Positions 1 through 13,191 of a stretch of 64,000 nt of DNA are shown one piece after another. This stretch comes from Octopus vulgaris (taxonomy: Eukaryota). The stretch covers positions 26,908,001 to 26,972,000 of the forward strand of contig OX597827.1 in NCBI GenBank assembly GCA_951406725.2, in the 5' to 3' direction. Every line of letters starts with the position of its first letter. The first letter of the stretch is position 1. Below the pieces are notes generated by a model, which saw only the letters and a program-made list of their open reading frames with translations, was not told the DNA's origin and searched no databases. The translations under genes and the position numbers were made by a program.

Positions 1-453
1 GACGTTCCAATCGTTATCGTCCCATCTTTTGTACAGCCAGTCTGCATCTCCTTCGATATTTTCTAAAGCGTTCTATTTTTGTTTTGTGTTTCGGTTTGGT
101 CATTTTTTTTTTTTTGCCAAATAAACACACGCACTATAACTTTGTTCTTTATTCGTTTGTTTCTCTTCTTATTCTAACTCATCTCCATTGTCCGGAAATC
201 TTTCGTCACCCTTCTCTGACCTCTTCAACGATACTTTTCCTCTTCGTGTGTGCTCTTGCTCCACTTATTTCATTCTGTTTTTCTATGATGTGTATCCTTA
301 TGTGCGTATGCATTTGCGTCGATAAGATGTAATTTCTGGAGGACTTGGCTGCTATTTTTAGCAGGACGTACAACCATATCAAACTTTCCTCTTTCCCTCG
401 TTTTATGCACTGGTTATTGCTATTTAAGATGCCAAATGCTTTTTAGCTTGTAC

Positions 454-777
454 CTTTTACTTGGTTCAGTCATTACACTGCGACCATGCTGGGGCATCGC
501 CTTAAAGAATTTTCAGTCGAACGAATCGACAATGGAATTTTAAGCATTTTTAGGCTGGTATTCTTTTGCCGAACCGCTAAGTTACGGGGGCGTAAACACA
601 CCGGCTGTCAAGTGGCAGGGGTGAAAAAAAAACAGACACAAACACACAAAACAGGCTTCTTTCAGTTTCCATCCAGCAAATGTTGAAGACACTTGCGCAA
701 GGGGTCACACTGTGGGACCGAACCTGAAACCATGTGGTTGGGAAGCAAGTTTCTTACCACACAGCTACGTCTGCGCC
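454..777 (-). mobile_element. SINE family A copy
   Basis: Matches 56917-57329 with an internal deletion. Confidence 0.85.
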
Positions 778-1132
778 TAATATAAATATGTGTGTGCGCG
801 TGCGTGTATAGAGATGCTACGGTGTGGTTTAAAGAGAATTTAACTGCTATTTCTAACATGACAATTATCCATGTAAGGGCTCTTCATTTACTCTTCGTGT
901 GTATCAGCTGAAGATTTTTTGCCAGAATCTAAGCACTCTCTGTATCAAAGCCCATTCTAATGAGCTTGGAGTATGTAGCGCGTTCCATTTCAGTGAACTC
1001 TGCGGCTAATACAGATTTAATTATTAAACGCTTAGTCGAGGAGACAAATGTCAACGTGACCTTTCAGGTAAGGTTGACTTGACCTCACTAGATACATACA
1101 TACATACATACATACATACATACATACATACA

Positions 1133-1190
<58 letters not shown>

Positions 1191-1206
1191 CATATATATG
1201 TATATA

Positions 1207-1468
1207 AATAAATTAATAAATAAATAAAACATATGCATATATACATACATATATGTACGTACCTACCTCTACATGTATATATACATGCATATATGGGTAC
1301 AGGACACCAAAACAACCTCAAACACAATGAGAAACGAAAACATAAACACAAAACCAAGGATATGGACATTTTTCTTAAACACAGAAAAAATAGAGTACAG
1401 GACATACAAAACAAGGAAAATTCCCCTTCTTCAGTCGCCTTTGTTTCATCTACTCCACGTTCGAAGGT
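1207..1468. repeat. (TA)n-flanked dispersed repeat (Penelope-like end?); longer copy at 25456-~26060
   Basis: ~260 bp of high similarity (GGGTACAGGACAC...AAACATAAACACAAAACCAAGG...TTCCCCTTCTTCAGTCGCC); both copies abut (TA)n. Confidence 0.75.
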
Positions 1469-1805
1469 TATATATATATATATATATATATATATGCATT
1501 TATAGAGAGAGACAGCTATACAGACAGACAGAGATGGTCATTTTTGGGGCCGAATAAACACACGCACTATATATTTGGGCTTTATAAGGACACATCTTGG
1601 ATTGTAATCCTTATATATACATATATACATGCATATATGTCTGTGTGAATGTGTGTATGCATGTGTGCGGTGCTTCAGCATGGCTGCAGTCAAATGACTG
1701 AAACAAGTAAAATAAAGGAATACACGCACACACACACACACGTACTTCTATATTACATAATACACATGCATATGTGAGATCTTTCTCTCCCTTCTTTTCC
1801 TCCGA

Positions 1806-1837
<32 letters not shown>

Positions 1838-2147
1838 CTTCCGTTTAAACCCCGGTTCTTGTATTTATCTCAGCGGGTGTCAAACTCCACACCACCCCAC
1901 CACCGGCTAATAACCCTATTTGAGTCTTGTCCCCTCATGTATTATTTTCCTTCTTATCTTTTTACTGGTTATTTCATACTGTGTGATAGTTGGGGTGAGA
2001 GAGAGAAAGGGAGAGAGAGAGAGAGAGAGAGAAAAAAGTGAGAGAGAGAGAGAGAGAAAGTGTGAGAGAGAGAGAGAGAGAGAGAAAGTGAAAAAGAGAG
2101 AGAGCGAGGGTAAGGGCGCTGGAGGCCTGGTGTAGTTGAATGTACGA

Positions 2148-2266
2148 TCAGTCACCGTTTGGTGTGTTGCATCACGTGATCCTGCTTGTATTTGATTCTG
2201 CCATTTATCGTATTTGATGACCGTCTGACATTTTCGAAACCATGACCGGCGGCACCGAATGTAAGT
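2148..2266 (+). promoter_or_regulatory. Candidate TSS/first exon (Inr, ATG, splice donor)
   Basis: TCAGTC at 2148-2153 downstream of a (GA)n tract; AAACC-ATG ACC GGC GGC ACC GAA T|GTAAGT (ATG 2242, donor 2261). Confidence 0.35.
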
Positions 2267-2574
2267 TGAGCTGACAGGAAACATTGAGAAATTGGACCAA
2301 GTCGCGTCTTCTGTTAACTCTGAACTTCAGCAAACTTCGCACTAAATAATCTCGGCACAACACACGCTGTACAATATCACGTGGTACACTAAGACGTGAT
2401 AAACAGTATTCCGAAGCACATTACTATGAAAGACTATCAAAGATGTGATAGCTGACGTAGATAGGAATACATAACTGGACATGGATATGAATGGATAATC
2501 AAGTATATTCTGATCGAGTGAATCTAGGATTGGCAAGTAGAGATTTCCCTGTTTCGTATGATGTGTGTGTGTGT

Positions 2575-2676
<102 letters not shown>

Positions 2677-2685
2677 TGTGTATAA

Positions 2686-3087
2686 GGCGGTGAGCTGGCA
2701 GAATCGTTAGCACGCTGGATGAAATGCTTAGCGTTATTTCGTCTGCCGCTACATTCTGAGTTCAAATTCCACCGAGGTCGACTTTACCTTTCATCCTTTC
2801 GGGGTCGATTAAATAAGTACCAGTTGCGCACTGGGGTCGATATAATCGACTGGATCCGTTTGTCTGTCCTTGTTTGTCCTCTCTGTGTTTAGCCCCTTGT
2901 GGGTAGTAAAGAAATAGGTATTTCGTTTGCCGTGACGTCTTGAGTTCAAATTCTGCCGAGGTCGACTTTGCCTTCCATCCTTTCGGGGTCGATAAATTAA
3001 ATACCAGTTGCGTACTGGGGTCGATCTAATCGACTGGCCCTCCCCCTCCCCATCAAAATTTCGGGCCTCGAGCCTAGAGTAGAAAAG
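2686..3087 (+). mobile_element. tRNA-derived SINE family B, dimeric composite
   Basis: GGCGGTGAGCTGGCAGAATCGTTAG (A box) ... GAGTTCAAATTCC (B box); the body CTTTCATCCTTTCGGGGTCGAT...AAGTACCAGTT is repeated twice. Confidence 0.88.
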
Positions 3088-3300
3088 TGTGTGTGTGTGT
3101 GTGTGTGTGTTTTTGTGTGCAAATATTTTGTGTAATGTGCATCTGTATATTTTGTGATTGTAATGTATGTATATTGTGTGTAATGTATATCTATATGTAA
3201 TATATTTCGTGTTTGTAACGTGCATGTATGTATGTATATATGTATGTATGTGTATGTGTGCATGTACGTATGCATGTGTGTATGTATGTGTGTATTATGT

Positions 3301-3360
<60 letters not shown>

Positions 3361-4145
3361 ACAGTTAGCTGAATGGCTAAGATGTTCGCTTCTCAACCCC
3401 AAGGTCTCAGATTCGAGCCCGCTGCGCGACATCTTGATCAAACAAGGCCTTGGGTTAACCTGCACCTAGTGAATAAAACTCAACAGACAGAAGCAGTCTG
3501 TCTGAGGGATTCTGGCCGTAATTCATTATTGCCAGCCCAGAACAATTGTGCAACGAGAAATAAAATGTCTTGCCCAAGAACACTACATGCAACCTTGTCC
3601 AGGTATCGAACTTACAACCTTACAATCGTGATCCGAATACCCTAACCACTAAGCCACGTGCCTTCACAACAAGATTAGTGCGCAGAAGGCTTGGTGGCAG
3701 GCAAGGAGTAAAGGAACGCTACATTCACACACGCATACACAGTGAGAGAGAAGCTATCATAAGAGACAGAGGGAAAATATGGTAAATGTTTGCAGCATGT
3801 GGGCTGTTAAATGGCGGCACACAATGAGGCAAGATTGCATAATACAACAAATGCAGCCATAACGGATCGAACTAAATCAATAAATAATGGCTGATGTCAT
3901 AAAATGAAAGAGCATTGTTAGGTAGGACAGAATGCTTCTAACTTCCAGATGAAAGCATTTCCCATGGTACATTGAATCAGGAACGAACAGTAGAGAATTG
4001 TGGAATGGTTGGGTCCCGTATTACGATCTCTTAAAATCTTTTATTGTGAATGTCAGATATATTCATTCAAAATTTCATTACCCTTAACTGCGGAAAGCAG
4101 TTTTATGTACGAATCTGTCTTTTGTTAAGAAATGTCGTCTTTAAT

Positions 4146-4573
4146 CTTTTACTTGTTTCAGTCATTTTGACTGCGGCCATGCTGGGGCACCGCCTGGTAG
4201 AATTTTAGTCGATCGAATGGACTCCAGTAATTATTTTATTCATTTGTTTTTTTTATATTTTTTAAGCCTGGTAATTATTTTATTTTGGTCTCTTTTGCCG
4301 AACCGCCAGGTTACGGGAATATAAACACACCAATACCAGTTGTCAAGCGGTGGTAGGGACAAACTCAAACCCAAAGACACAATCACACATACATACATAT
4401 ACACGCACACAGTACGGGCTTCTTTCAGTTTCCGTCAGCCAAATCCATTTACAAAGATTTGGTCGGCCCGAGGCTGTAGTAGAAGACACATGCCCAAGGT
4501 GCCACACAGTGGGACTGAACCCGGAACCCGGAACCATGTGGTTGGAAAACATGATTCTTAACCACACCGCCAC
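4146..4573 (-). mobile_element. SINE family A copy
   Basis: Matches 56917-57329 along its length. Confidence 0.88.
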
Positions 4574-5525
4574 ACACATTTGAAACTTCCTTTCTTTTGT
4601 TTTTCTTTTGCTATGTCAAGTTTATTGATGCAATGAAACTTGCAAAAAATAACAATCCTACATTTTTTTTCTTGCAGATATTTAACACCATTACTGGAAT
4701 AACCATGAAATTTAATTAATTAAAAGGTTAGTATCGTTTACACATCAAAAGCTCTAAAAACATACATGAAGGTCATAACTTAATCAGTTACCTTTAAATT
4801 TCTAAAATTTAAATGCATTTTGTATTTTAAAGAAATAAAAATGAATATCGATTTGTTGACACTAGCTTTTTATCGATTAGTTGCCGCTGTTTCTATTGTT
4901 GCTGATGCTGCTGTCGTTGTTTAGATTATGATCAGCCCTGGTTGCCTGGTTACGTGTCAGGCCTATGATCAAGGCCTTTCCATCTATGACAAGGCTGTTT
5001 ATTTTTGCTCGCTCTTTGTATAACTCAAACTATATTTTCAAATACAGAATTTTTTTCTCTCTCAAAACTGAACAGTTGCATGAGGGAGATATTTGTACTA
5101 TTTCGAGCAAGCCGCACAACTTGTGGTGAAGGTGACGTTGGAGGCGGTCGACCTATTAGTAGCAGTGGGAGGAGGAGGAAGAGGAGGTAGGAAAAGGAAG
5201 AGAAGTGGGAAGAAGAGGGGAGAGGAGGAGGATAAGGAAGAGAGGTGGGGAGGAAGCAGTGGAGGAAGAGGGAAGGAAGTGGGGAGGGGAGGAAGAGGAG
5301 GGAGAGGAAGTCGCGAGGAGAGGGGAGGGGGGAGGAGGAAGAAGATAGAAAGAATGTGCCACAAATCATGGGTTGTAGAGAACGACGAAGGTGAGGGACG
5401 TCTTTGGTCAGAGATCTGGTGGATCAAGACTTATATGGTATGGTTGTATGCAAAAATAATAAGTGAGATGGTTTTGACGTAAATTTCTGCAGTAGTTTCC
5501 GCTAAAGTCACCCATAAACCGGGTA

Positions 5526-6159
5526 CCGTATTTTGTGGAAAATGCAAACCGATTTACATAATCTAATTTTAGGAGAAATAATGTTTTTATAATTATGATC
5601 AGACCTGGTTGCCTGGTTACATGTTAGGCCTATGTCAGGTCTTTCCATCCATGACAAGGCTGTTTATTTTTGCTCGCTCTTTGTATAACTCAAACTATAT
5701 TTTCAAATACAGAATTTTTTTCTCTCTCAAAACTGAACAGTTGCATGAGGGAGATGTTTGTACTATTTCGAGCAAGCCGCACAACTTGTGGTAAAGGTGA
5801 CGTTGATTGAGCAGTGTCCATCAGGTACACGCTAAATGCCTGTTACCAGACAAAACTGGTGGACAAATCAACAGAGTGTGTATGCGAAATCGCCAGAAAA
5901 TGACCATCCTGCCTAATAGCTTAAATGTCCTGCGATTATTTATGCTACACACCATGGTGATTGTACTACATCTACTTTTGGTGACCAAATGTTAACTACT
6001 AGCGCCCGACTACGACTTCCATCAACCATCCTGTTGATTTCAGAAAACCACAGCAATGTTTGAGTTGAAGGGGAAAATGCATGGTAATTCCAAGTAAGTT
6101 TTTATTTTGTAAGCAACAACAAAAACAAAAATCTGCGTCTTTCTTACTGCAAAATACGG
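5526..6159. mobile_element. Non-autonomous pogo/Tigger-like element
   Basis: TA-CCGTATTTTG (5526) ... CAAAATACGG (6150-6159): short TIRs of the CCGTATTTT type; no transposase. Confidence 0.6.
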
Positions 6160-7518
6160 TTACAGCATTAAAACATCAATTCTGTTACAACAGCAAGGCA
6201 TGCTAGCCATAGATTCTAACAAGTCAGTCAAATAATGAGACGATCGAAAACTCGGAAGATGTGATTACGATGTGGAATTTTTAATCAGTGATTATAATTC
6301 CAAATAAGCACGTGTTGTTTCAGAACATAAATGATAGTAGACTTTAGGAAGATTATTTCTCCATATCCTAAAGTTTCAAACTTATCGTCGTTTATATATT
6401 ATGCATGCAGAATTCCTAGAATGGGTTGAGCAACCTTTGACCGATTTTGTAGTCGCAGATCAATCACCATTGTCAGCAGAATTTCCCTAAGTCTCAAGTT
6501 TCCTGCTTCTACACGCAACGTTCGATCAGCAAATTTCTAATATTGTCATAATAATCATAATAATCGAAGCTACTGAAAGTTCAATAGCATATGAAACTTA
6601 CACAGACACAGACAGACACACAGACATTCGCAGGTACACACACACAGAGATGCTGACACACACACCCGTTCGCAAATACAGACACTGACGCTGAGACACA
6701 AACACCGTGAGTGTGTGTTTGTGTGTGCACGCACGCGCGCATGTGTCTTACAAACCTGTTCTTCTGTTTCCGTTGTGAAGAATAGAAAGAGATAATTTAC
6801 GAACGAAAGGAGAGAGGAAGAAAGGTAAAGAGGTTGATAGAAGGATGAAGATAAGACGGAGCGAGAGAGAGAGAGAGAGAGAGAGAATAATGACGTATTT
6901 ATTGGTTTGCATGGCAAATAGGCGCTACCAAACTTTGTTTACACATTTCTTTTTCTATACTGTACCGCTGTATATTATTTTGATATTGTTTCTATTCAAA
7001 CTTCAAATCAATAAATCTAAGATATATCTCAGTTAAGGAAATGAGATAGAAGAGAAATTACTGTAGTTGTTGTTGATGTTGAGACTGATGTCAGCCTTAA
7101 ATGAGAAGTCCTGCAATACATTATCTAGTGTACACTTGTTTTAATTTTAAGACGACAGGTTGAGATGTGAGAGTGACTTGGTTGCCATTTCTAGTAAGAA
7201 GTGACCACGTAAGAGTTTCTTGTTTCTCGCGTTACAAAGTGAAACGTGAACAAAGACGACTTGCCTCTCTAGTAGAGCGCAGCACTTGTGTTTTACAAAC
7301 GAAAAATAAAATGAGCTAAGGGGAAATAACTCAAATAGGCACGTGTCCTTTATCTGAAATATTAAATTAAGGTGTGATATACTAAATCAAGAGTTTACAC
7401 AAAATTCCATCGATAAGTTTTAACGAATCTCCATGAAAAGGGGGGATAACTCCAAAAAATTAAAATTTCATCTCTTATGCTTAGAGGAAGGAAAGTTTGA
7501 CGTTTTGGATGCGAGGAG

Positions 7519-7548
7519 CAACCTGTTTCGGCCTGTAGACTTCATCAG
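7519..7548 (-). ncRNA. Hammerhead-like core, degenerate
   Basis: Minus strand CTGATGA-AGTC TACA GGCC-GAAAC AG GTT. Confidence 0.45.
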
Positions 7549-8529
7549 TACGGTATTTCCCTAATCATTTGACAAAGGTTTATATATATATATGTATGCA
7601 GAAAAGAATTCCAAATAGTTTTGGTCAATCTAATTGGAAGCTGTCCTTTTTTAGCAAGTAATTCGATCTGAGGTTTTATGTATTAAAACTGGAGTAATTG
7701 CAGATCTCTTTTAGCCGTCGAAAAATAGTTTAAACGTATAATATCTAGGGTGTCAAAATTTTCGTCACACTTCTGCGACCTAGTCACTGACAATCCTACT
7801 GTGTCTGTGATCGTGAAAAACACATACTTTTCTAAATGTTGCCTTAGACCACTAAATATCTTGTGTAGCCCACTTGTAGAATATAAGCCCACCTTGTGCA
7901 ACATGGTTTATCACAGTAACCAGTGGAGCTTTGGTCAGCAATTACCTTGTTACCATCTAGCTCTGAGTCCAATTACTTTTCATGCTCGCCGCAAACTTAA
8001 TCCAATCAACGGTGGAAGCCCTGCATGTTTTCTCCATCTGGTAGACTCATCTGTCAAATCCCCAGCAAATCGTACCATAACATTTCCTTTAACGAAGACA
8101 TATTAAATGTATTTTTGGATACACAAAAAGACAGGAATTACTTTAATCATAAGACTTTTCTGGATCAGGCCAGGTCAAAGGTCAAGCTATACGATTCCTT
8201 CTGCGGTGCTCTACTTTGAATCGCCTACAACAACAAAGACGAAATATTCGGTAGTGATGTCACAGCAACAATGCATTACGGGAAAGTTCCCTTTTATGAT
8301 GAGTTGATAGAATTTATAAATTTATTCGAAAACCCCAACATCGTTATTGCTCCCGTAAATTCTAATATAAAATTTAGGATTTATGGAGGGTTAAGTATAA
8401 GAACAAAAAAGTGACTGTGGAAACATAGAAGGAAACCGAACGAAAACAAACATGCAGGGTCGTTAGATCAGAACGAGAGGAAAATAGTGAACGCTGGGAG
8501 AAACATCACTTTTTGAAAAGAGTAAAGAT

Positions 8530-8572
<43 letters not shown>

Positions 8573-8875
8573 TACACGTCCGTTCTTTTGAACGCCCGTG
8601 CAGGAAAAGGAAGATGGTCACGTGAGGAAAAGAAAGATGGACGATGGTCATGTGTGAGCAACGAGAGAGAGGTACAAAAGAGAAAGAGAAAGAGAGGAGA
8701 GAGAGACAGATAGAAAACGGTGAAAGGGGGAAGGAGAGAAAATGGGAATTAGAAAAGGATGGAGGAAGAAAACAGTATAGAGTAAAGAGTCGCATCAAAA
8801 AGGTGAAGATAAACTTACTTGAAAATGGATGCGCCGCTTTATACACACACATATATACATAAGGATAAGCATATT

Positions 8876-8945
8876 AAAAGAGGTCCGTGGGAAAACTCAT
8901 TTAAATAAAAGGGGTCCTTGGTAGTGAAAAGGTTGGGAACCGCTG
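8876..8945. mobile_element. hAT-Charlie-like MITE, right-end fragment
   Basis: GGGGTCCTTGG...AAAAGGTTGGGAACCGCTG is the reverse complement of the CAGCGGTTCCCAA TIR. Confidence 0.55.
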
Positions 8946-9642
8946 AAATAGATGGTAGCATCTGTGATGAAGTCATGTACTCTAGCTTTGTCTCACTTTC
9001 CCCCTCTCTCTCTCTTTTCTATCTCTTTCCTTCGCATACACACATATATGCACGTACACCTCTATATTCACCTACATATATACACACATACACACGCACA
9101 AAAAAAGAAACAGATCATATTTATCGTTTATTTAACCACAAGTCAAACAAGTGGTAGTTTGTACAAGCAAATAAAATGGAAGATAAATGCCTTTGTGCTT
9201 AGCTGGTATAAGAGCAGACGCATTTTAGTGTGAATGGGGATTGTTCAGTGATTCTGTCGCTTTGTTTCGCTTCCACACCACACCACACCATCGAAATAAC
9301 CCACCTCGCCATCCCTGTTCACCTTTTATTTCGTTTGTACCACCACAAAAGACTGATGTCGAAGCAGCGAAGCCACACCTATTCTGTGTAACTTGTTGAA
9401 AAGAGAGCGAGAGAGAGAAGGAGAGAGAGGCTGGGAGGAAGGCAAAAGAAAAAAGAAAATGTTGGAGAGAGAGAAAGAGAGAGAGATGCAGAGAGAGAGA
9501 GAGTAAAAGGGAAATGATGATAAAGAAAAGAGAAAGGAAAGAAAAAAATCTCATACATATTATATAACCACAGATTGACTGTTGTTCTCGCCTCGCTTCG
9601 CCTCACCTCGTCTTTCTCTCTTTCTCTCTCTTTCACACACGC

Positions 9643-9676
<34 letters not shown>

Positions 9677-10615
9677 ACTCTATCTCTCTCCCTCACCTTA
9701 TTTCTCTGTTTCTGTCTCTCTGTGTTTCTCTCACCCCATCTTTCTCCCTCAGTTTCTCTCTTTTCTCTCTCTCTCTCTCTCTGTTACTCACTCTCACCAT
9801 GTTTCTCTGTTTTTCTCAGTCTCTCTGTGTTGTTCTCTCCCTCTGTTTCTCTCCCCCTCTCTTTCTCTCTCTCTCTGTTACTCTCTCATCCTGTTCCTCA
9901 GTCTCTATCTCTCTGTGTTTCACTCACCTCACTCTCTCCCTATGTTTCTCTCCCCCTCTCTTTCTCTCTCTCTCTCTCTCGCTCTCCACACACACAAAAC
10001 TAGATTTATTATTACAGATTGTTGCCAATGTGGATGGAATGTTACAAGCACAAAACGAGCAGATTGAAAGAACACGCGCAACGGATAACAGCAAAAACAA
10101 AAAAAAACAATAAATAAATTAAAAAAAAAAAAAATCCCCCTCCAAAAGAAGGGAAGAAAATTAACATGGCCGCCACCACTTTCTCTCGCTTTCTCTTTTT
10201 TTCCCTATTTTGTGACGTCATTAAGGTGTCATTGTTTTTGTCACGTAACGCAGTATCGATTGGAAGGCTTAGGTGGGTCAAAGTTTACTCGCGATTTCGT
10301 AGCCACTTAACACTCTAGCTAAAGGTATAAACAAGAAAATAACAACAAAAAGTTTTTTTTTAAATAAGCAACAAAGCGAATTGCGTGCATGCGTGTGTGT
10401 GTGTGTATGTGCGTGTGTGTGTGCATGTGTGTGTGTGCGCGCGTGTGTACGCTTTTAATGTTAAGCAACGGCGAAGCTCGCTTCTCTTTATACCGCTCTG
10501 TCCACTTGTAAACATCGCCGCCATTTTCTTGCAGTCCTGCCTTTCAAATTTGCTTATTTCCTCTATTTGACCGTTGTATACACAGCAACATCCGAACGAA
10601 GATGGATTTTGTTTA

Positions 10616-11750
10616 AGCGGTGAGCTGTCAGAATCGTTAGCACTGCAGGGCAAAAAATGCAGTGTGGCATTTCGTTTGTCTCTGCGTTTTGAGTTCAAAT
10701 TGCACGGAAGACGGCTTTACTTTTTTTTTTTTTTTTTCATGCTTTCGAGATAAATAAGACAAATAACTGTTCCGCACTGGGGCCGATGTAACGAAGTAGC
10801 TCCGTTCTTACGAATTACAAACTTTGTGCCTCTAACAGAAAGGATTATCATTTCGGGGTCGATTAATTAAATACCAGTTACGCACTGGGGTCGATATAAT
10901 CGACTTAATCCGTTTGTCTGTACTTGTTTGCCCCTCTATGTTTAGCCCCTTGTGGAAAGTAAAGAAATAGAAATAGGTATTTCGCCCGTCGCTACGTTCT
11001 GAGTTCAAAATTCCACCGAGGTCGACTTTGCCTTTTATCCTTCGGGGTCGGTAGATTTAAGTACAAGTGAAACGGTGGGGTTGATGTAATTGACTAGTCC
11101 CTCCCCACACATTTGAGGCCTTGTGCCTCCAGTAGAAAAAAATATCATAGCTGTCATTCTGGTGGCGAGTAGGCAGAATCGTTAGCACGCCGGACGAAAT
11201 GTTTAACGGCACTTCGTCCGACTCCACGTTCTGAGTTCAAATTCCTTCGAGGTCGCCTTCACTTTTTATTCTTTCGGGGTCGATGAAATAAGTACCAGTC
11301 AAATAGTGGGGTCGATATAATCGACTAGTCCCCTCCCCCGAAATTGCTGGCCTTGTGCCAAAATTTTAAATCATTCTTAAGGCAGCGAGCTGGCAGAATT
11401 CTTAACCCGTCTTTTGACTACGAGTTCAAATTCTGCCATAGTCTATTTTGCCTTTCATCGTTGTGGAGCCGATAAAATAAGTACCAGTGATACACTGAGG
11501 TCAATCAAATTGACTTAGCCCCATCCCTGAAATTGCTGATCTTATGCCCAAAAATTGAAAACAGTATTAAGGCGGTTAGCTGGCAGAATTGTTTGCGCGT
11601 CGAACAAAATGCTTACCGGTATTTCTTGCAGCTCCTTACCCTCGGAGTTGAAATTCCGCCGAGATAACATGCGAGGGCGATAAAATCAGTACCAGTAGAA
11701 TAGAAACTCTTCCCTCAGAATTGGTGTCCTTGTGCTAAAATTGAAAACAG
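10616..11750 (+). mobile_element. Head-to-tail cluster of about six SINE family B units
   Basis: Heads at ~10616, 11161, 11381 and 11571, plus head-less units at ~10853 and ~10977, all in the same orientation. Confidence 0.85.
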
Positions 11751-11892
11751 TTGTTATTCGTAGAAATAACGAAGAAGAAATTGGATGTTGTGTGTTTCGG
11801 ACAGATTGCTTTCCAATTGAGCTGAAGTTCTTCAGAAGCTAATTCGGCTATTCACTTTTCTGGGATCATTGGATAGTTAATTTCCATTATAT

Positions 11893-11953
<61 letters not shown>

Positions 11954-12828
11954 AACACACACACACACACACACGCAAACACACACACACACACACACAC
12001 ACATATAGATATGCATATATATGCATACACACACACACACTGTTATGCAGATGCGCGTGCGTGCACCGGCAATTCACTCCTGATCTTTTTCCAAATACAA
12101 AAAGAAAAGAAAAATGGAGCAGTCTCCGTCACCAGCTATTGACCAAAACGGGTCCAAGGCTTATATAACAAGACTGAATCCCCCACAAAAATACACAACG
12201 GTGGGAGTGAATCCCGAACCCGGAAGTACGTGATAGCGAAACGAACGTTCTTAACCACATGACCACTTATAATAATGCACTTCCTCATTTGTTTGTTTTT
12301 TCCTATAGTGCAAGACGCAAAACCCGGCTTCGGCACCATTTTTGTCATTTGTCTCGATCATGCCCCGACACGCACACACACCGTTCTCCTTTTGGCAATG
12401 AAATAAATCACCAACCTCCTCATCATCAAAATTATTATTATTATTATTATTACTGTTGTTGTTGTTGTTATTGTTATCTCTTTGGTGTTGTATTTTGTTT
12501 TATTTATTTATTCATTTATTTATCTAAATATAACTAATGGCAGTCGTGTTTAAAAAAAAAAGGATAAAGTTAGCAGAGAGTCTGAAGTCTAAATCTTTGT
12601 CGGATATTTACGACACATTAGAAATGGCAACCGGAAATTAAACCTCTTCCAAAATGCACCAAAGAGTCAAGTATTTTTATGGATTTGTCTCTCCAGATAA
12701 AACTGCATTTTCGCAACGAAGCGTAAGCAGCAGAGAAAACACATTTATACACACACACGTTAATAAGCACACACACTCTTTCTTTTCTTTCTTTCCCTGC
12801 CATACAAACATATATAAGTGTACGTGTG

Positions 12829-12884
<56 letters not shown>

Positions 12885-13076
12885 CGTCGTCGTACAACAA
12901 GCAATCAACTCCTCTAACGATCAAAGCAGAGAGTTAGTGGGGATTTTTCCGTATTTCCGTATATTGTCGCTGAAGATTGAACATTCTAAGCCTAGAGCTC
13001 TTTCGTTTTATAGAAAAACGCAAACAGATCCTCAGTGATTTTTCTCTTTCCTCTTTTAATGCTTTCTACTCATTAT

Positions 13077-13191
<115 letters not shown>

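Noticed and set aside
10018-10113. Possible exon after TTATTACAG (IVANVDGMLQAQNEQIERTR...)
   Set aside because: No donor, ends in an A-run, phase 0 does not fit the candidate phase-1 first exon, and no recognisable homology.
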